In this document: in pieces, positions 60,691-64,000 of the stretch
Position numbering within the stretch: position 1 is the first letter of the stretch
Layout: each line of letters starts with the position of its first letter
NCBI RefSeq assembly: GCF_902459465.1
Contig: NC_047062.1
Location: 4,154,001-4,218,000, forward strand
Direction of reading: 5' to 3'
Length of the DNA stretch: 64,000 nt
DNA from: Asterias rubens
Taxonomy: Eukaryota
Notes under the pieces: generated by a model
What the model saw: the letters and a program-made list of their open reading frames with translations, nothing else
Database searches by the model: none
What the model was told of the DNA's origin: nothing
Translations under genes and position numbers: made by a program

Positions 60691-63600
60691 TTACACTGAG
60701 GACTGTCCCCCCCCCCCACCCCCTGCTCTTGTTCTTGATATTTTGTACTTGATATTTTTTACTGCACAACACGAAATCGCCTCAGTTGTGGCTGTTGACA
60801 AAAACATCCTAAATTCACAAAAAGAAAGTTTGTGCAGTATGTATTCTGAGCAGACATGTTAAGGATCCCATGTTAAAATGCTTTAGCGACAATTACCTTG
60901 AACAAGAACCTAGAAAGCTACAAACGCCGTCAGAATCATCATGCAGATCACCCCAAACACCGGACCAAATTCCGACACCATCAAAAACTGTAGGTTGAAG
61001 TGCGCCCTCTCTGTCCATGATTCGTACACACACGGAATTGTACCCAATCAACCTTTTAGACATTTGAACGAACCATTGAAATGGTATCAGGCTAAATCGT
61101 GAGGATTGGGCAACGTCACGCGCGCGGTTGATACATAAGTTGAAAATAAACTTCATGCACAAAAACTTCACAAACTATTCTAGACAGTCTAGTACTAGGT
61201 ACAGATCTTTCGCTTCAACTAATTTTCTTTATTCGCTTAGTTAGATTATTATTAGTACTAGCAGTACAGAAGCGACTTAACCTGGACACGGTTTCAGAAC
61301 CAACCAGTTCTAGTGGAGCAATCGTGGGTAACTTTTTAAAGTTTTCCAGACAAATTTTCAATTAAAACCACTACCTTTTTACTTTTTAGTTAATTTTATT
61401 TTACTAACTAGTTAGAACTACCTAGGTAGACGAAGATTCAACCAAACAAACTGAACCGATTACACACATTCAAGTTTATTGATAGGTTTTGAAAAGTATC
61501 GTACCTAAAATTGTTGTTCAAAACATTGTTGAATTAGGTTAGTGAGTGTTTTATAGTGATTTGCCCACCACCACACAAGACCCCTCCCCTGAAAAACGGA
61601 CAAAATGCACGAGTTGGAAAATGTTACAGCGCCCTCTATAACTGCGGTGCCCTAAAAATCTACATCTTGCATGCGGTCCAGTCAGATGTTTTTGTTGTTA
61701 CACTGGGGCGATTTCCTTGTTAGGGTACTCGGGGTAGAGAAAAATACTGATAGGTAAAAACTAAATTTATTGAATGATGTAATTAATAAACAAGTTGTAT
61801 GCAAGGAGGGTGAGTCAAAACATACAGCTAGCTGTGACCATTTAGAGCATCAATACGACCACTCTTCCACAAATTTGTTCCATGTAATTTGTAATGACAA
61901 AGTTAGGACACTGGGAATGGGGGGAACACTTGGGGCGGAACCATAGAGTAAGGACAGGGCGGACCTTTCTGATCAGGATACAAAAAATAATGACGGGAAG
62001 AGTGTGCCTGAAGAGTTGCTTTTGGGAAAATGCTTACAAAATGGCATTTATATCAACGAAAAATTTCATATCAAGGTGGACTTTTTATTTTTGTTTTACT
62101 ACTAAAGATAGAAAAGTTATTTTCTACTACTTATTTCCTTCACAACAATATCCAAACAATAAATCAAATTGCTAAAGCCAGGACATTCCAAAGTGCGTGT
62201 GTGCGGGGGGGGGGGGGGGGGGGGTAAGTAATTCTGCTGGCGAGGTCTTTACATTTTACAGTATTAATATTCACGGCTTGCAAAGTCCCGGATGTCAACT
62301 CAATACACAATTACATTACAATTACGTTCCCACTCCTCATCCAATCAAAATACTCAGTCTGCGGTTTTACCCCAAAAGAATATAAAAAAACACAACACAG
62401 AGGGTGTCATCATCGTTGGCCACCAGGCCCAGCTGCATTGTAGTTTATTGCTCCATGATTGTACGTGTGTACAAATACATGGCAATTCACTATTGTAGTT
62501 CACCTGTTGTGATTGTGCGCATGTTTTGAAAAGCGGGTCACGCACACACAACGTTAGGTATGCAAGGCGTCTAGCCGATCCAACAAGCTAGCTCTGGATG
62601 GCCAGCTAGCTGCCACCACCAATATACACACGTTAGCTCGCTAATTCAGCCACCATGGTTGATGCCTCGTTGAATTGCAGTTCACACTAAACTAAAAAAA
62701 AACCTTCTCCAAGTTCACAATACGGACGGGACGTTCGCTGAGGGTACTCATCAGGCGTTCGCTTAGTGCACTCTGCTTCGGGAGACGTTTGACGGTAGAC
62801 CGCTATATTGTGGCAAGGCTGGATTTTTTTTATCGACTGCGCCAAACGAGGAACGTTGGATGTTGAAGTTTTGTTGCGTGACAGTTTTCACGGGAATTCC
62901 ATTCGGCAAGTATTTACCATGTTTATCGTACATTTCAACACAAGGGTTCCCCACACGTGGTTGTTAAGTTATTACTGTTTTGGTCCTAGTTGTGTATTTT
63001 TGCCACAAGTTACACAGTGAGTGATATGATGGGACAGAAGGTATTTCTTTGAATGAAAAAAAGTGGCCTTTGCCGAAACTAGGCCCTTCCATTTTTACAC
63101 AATAGTATTGACAACACCATGCATCATATTTTTCCTACTTTAATCTGATTTTCGACCCCCCCCCCCCCCGAAAGGCAGGGAAAAACTGGTCAATAAGTGA
63201 AAATGTTATTAAATAGCCTGGCAAGCCTACCACAATACTATATACCATGTGTTGTACATGTATACTATGGATAGTATTACTATAGTATTAGAGTATAGGT
63301 CAGCTCTTTTTCTCTACTAACTATTTATGCAATTTCCTGCTTTTTTCCAAGAAGGGTCAAATATCATGCTAGTTTTATTAATAAAACTTGGTAAACCGAA
63401 ACATCCTTTTTGACAAAATTTATTGTAGATTTGGAAGTAGACCTATTCAGAATGCTTGGCGCCCCCTCATCATAAAAGTTAATTTTGTGCTTTACATTTC
63501 TTCTTGTTATTGTTAACTGTTGAAAGTTGCCACCCCCCCCCCCCCCCCCGTCCCCCATTTTGAAATTGAAGGCCATAAGGCCATTTAAACTGAAATGTAT

Positions 63601-64000
63601 TGTGCATAATAACCATTGGCGCTTGTTAATGTGCCTAGTTGCTACACTCTTCAGATTGAGATACAGAACTGCTTGATTAGTTGGTGGTACAGCAGCGTCA
63701 TAATCAGAATATTGATTTTGGGGGGCACATAGGAGATTTAAAAAAAGAATTCTGGGGGCACTTCTGGCCAAATTTCTGTTTGCTTTTTCTTTTAAAAAAT
63801 TGCAGTGCCTTTTTAATGTAATGGGAAATAGTGTAACGCCATAAGTGTAAAACAAATTTAAATTACAAAAAGTATTGCGCGTGACATTTTGAGGTTGCTC
63901 TGCCGGTCATATTTTAAAAAGATTTTAGCATTTATACTGTGCATAAAATATTTCTGAAAAACTTGGATGATTACGATGTAATATTTAAACGTATTTATAT

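Overview
AT-rich animal genomic DNA with spliceosomal introns and dense repeats. The repeat families look like a sea star such as Asterias; this is from memory and not verified. Six protein-coding genes can be assembled by hand with phase-consistent GT-AG exons: an SLC16/MCT-family transporter (+, 1292-7763), MRPS12 (+, 15110-15918), a giant/PAR-type bZIP transcription factor (+, 26584-27609, possibly starting at 22577), RNF8 (-, 41705-33030), MRPL4 (+, 41924-51774, head-to-head with RNF8) and an SLC46/PCFT-family transporter (-, 60060-55287). The rest is mainly TTAA-flanked Kolobok-like MITEs, PHIS-type and hAT MITEs, tRNA-derived SINEs, an L2/CR1 3' fragment and minisatellites. The strongest leads are: (1) a cluster of PAR-bZIP/D-box sites around the bZIP gene's own promoter, suggesting autoregulation; (2) an RNF8 with a 59-aa repeat coiled coil and a C-terminal CCHC zinc knuckle; (3) an 886-bp modular foldback element with TG..CA ends and a 4-bp TSD; (4) an orphan promoter plus an antisense exon-like segment flanking the bZIP gene. 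No prokaryotic system, CRISPR array or bona fide tRNA/rRNA gene is supported. All coordinates and counts were read by eye.
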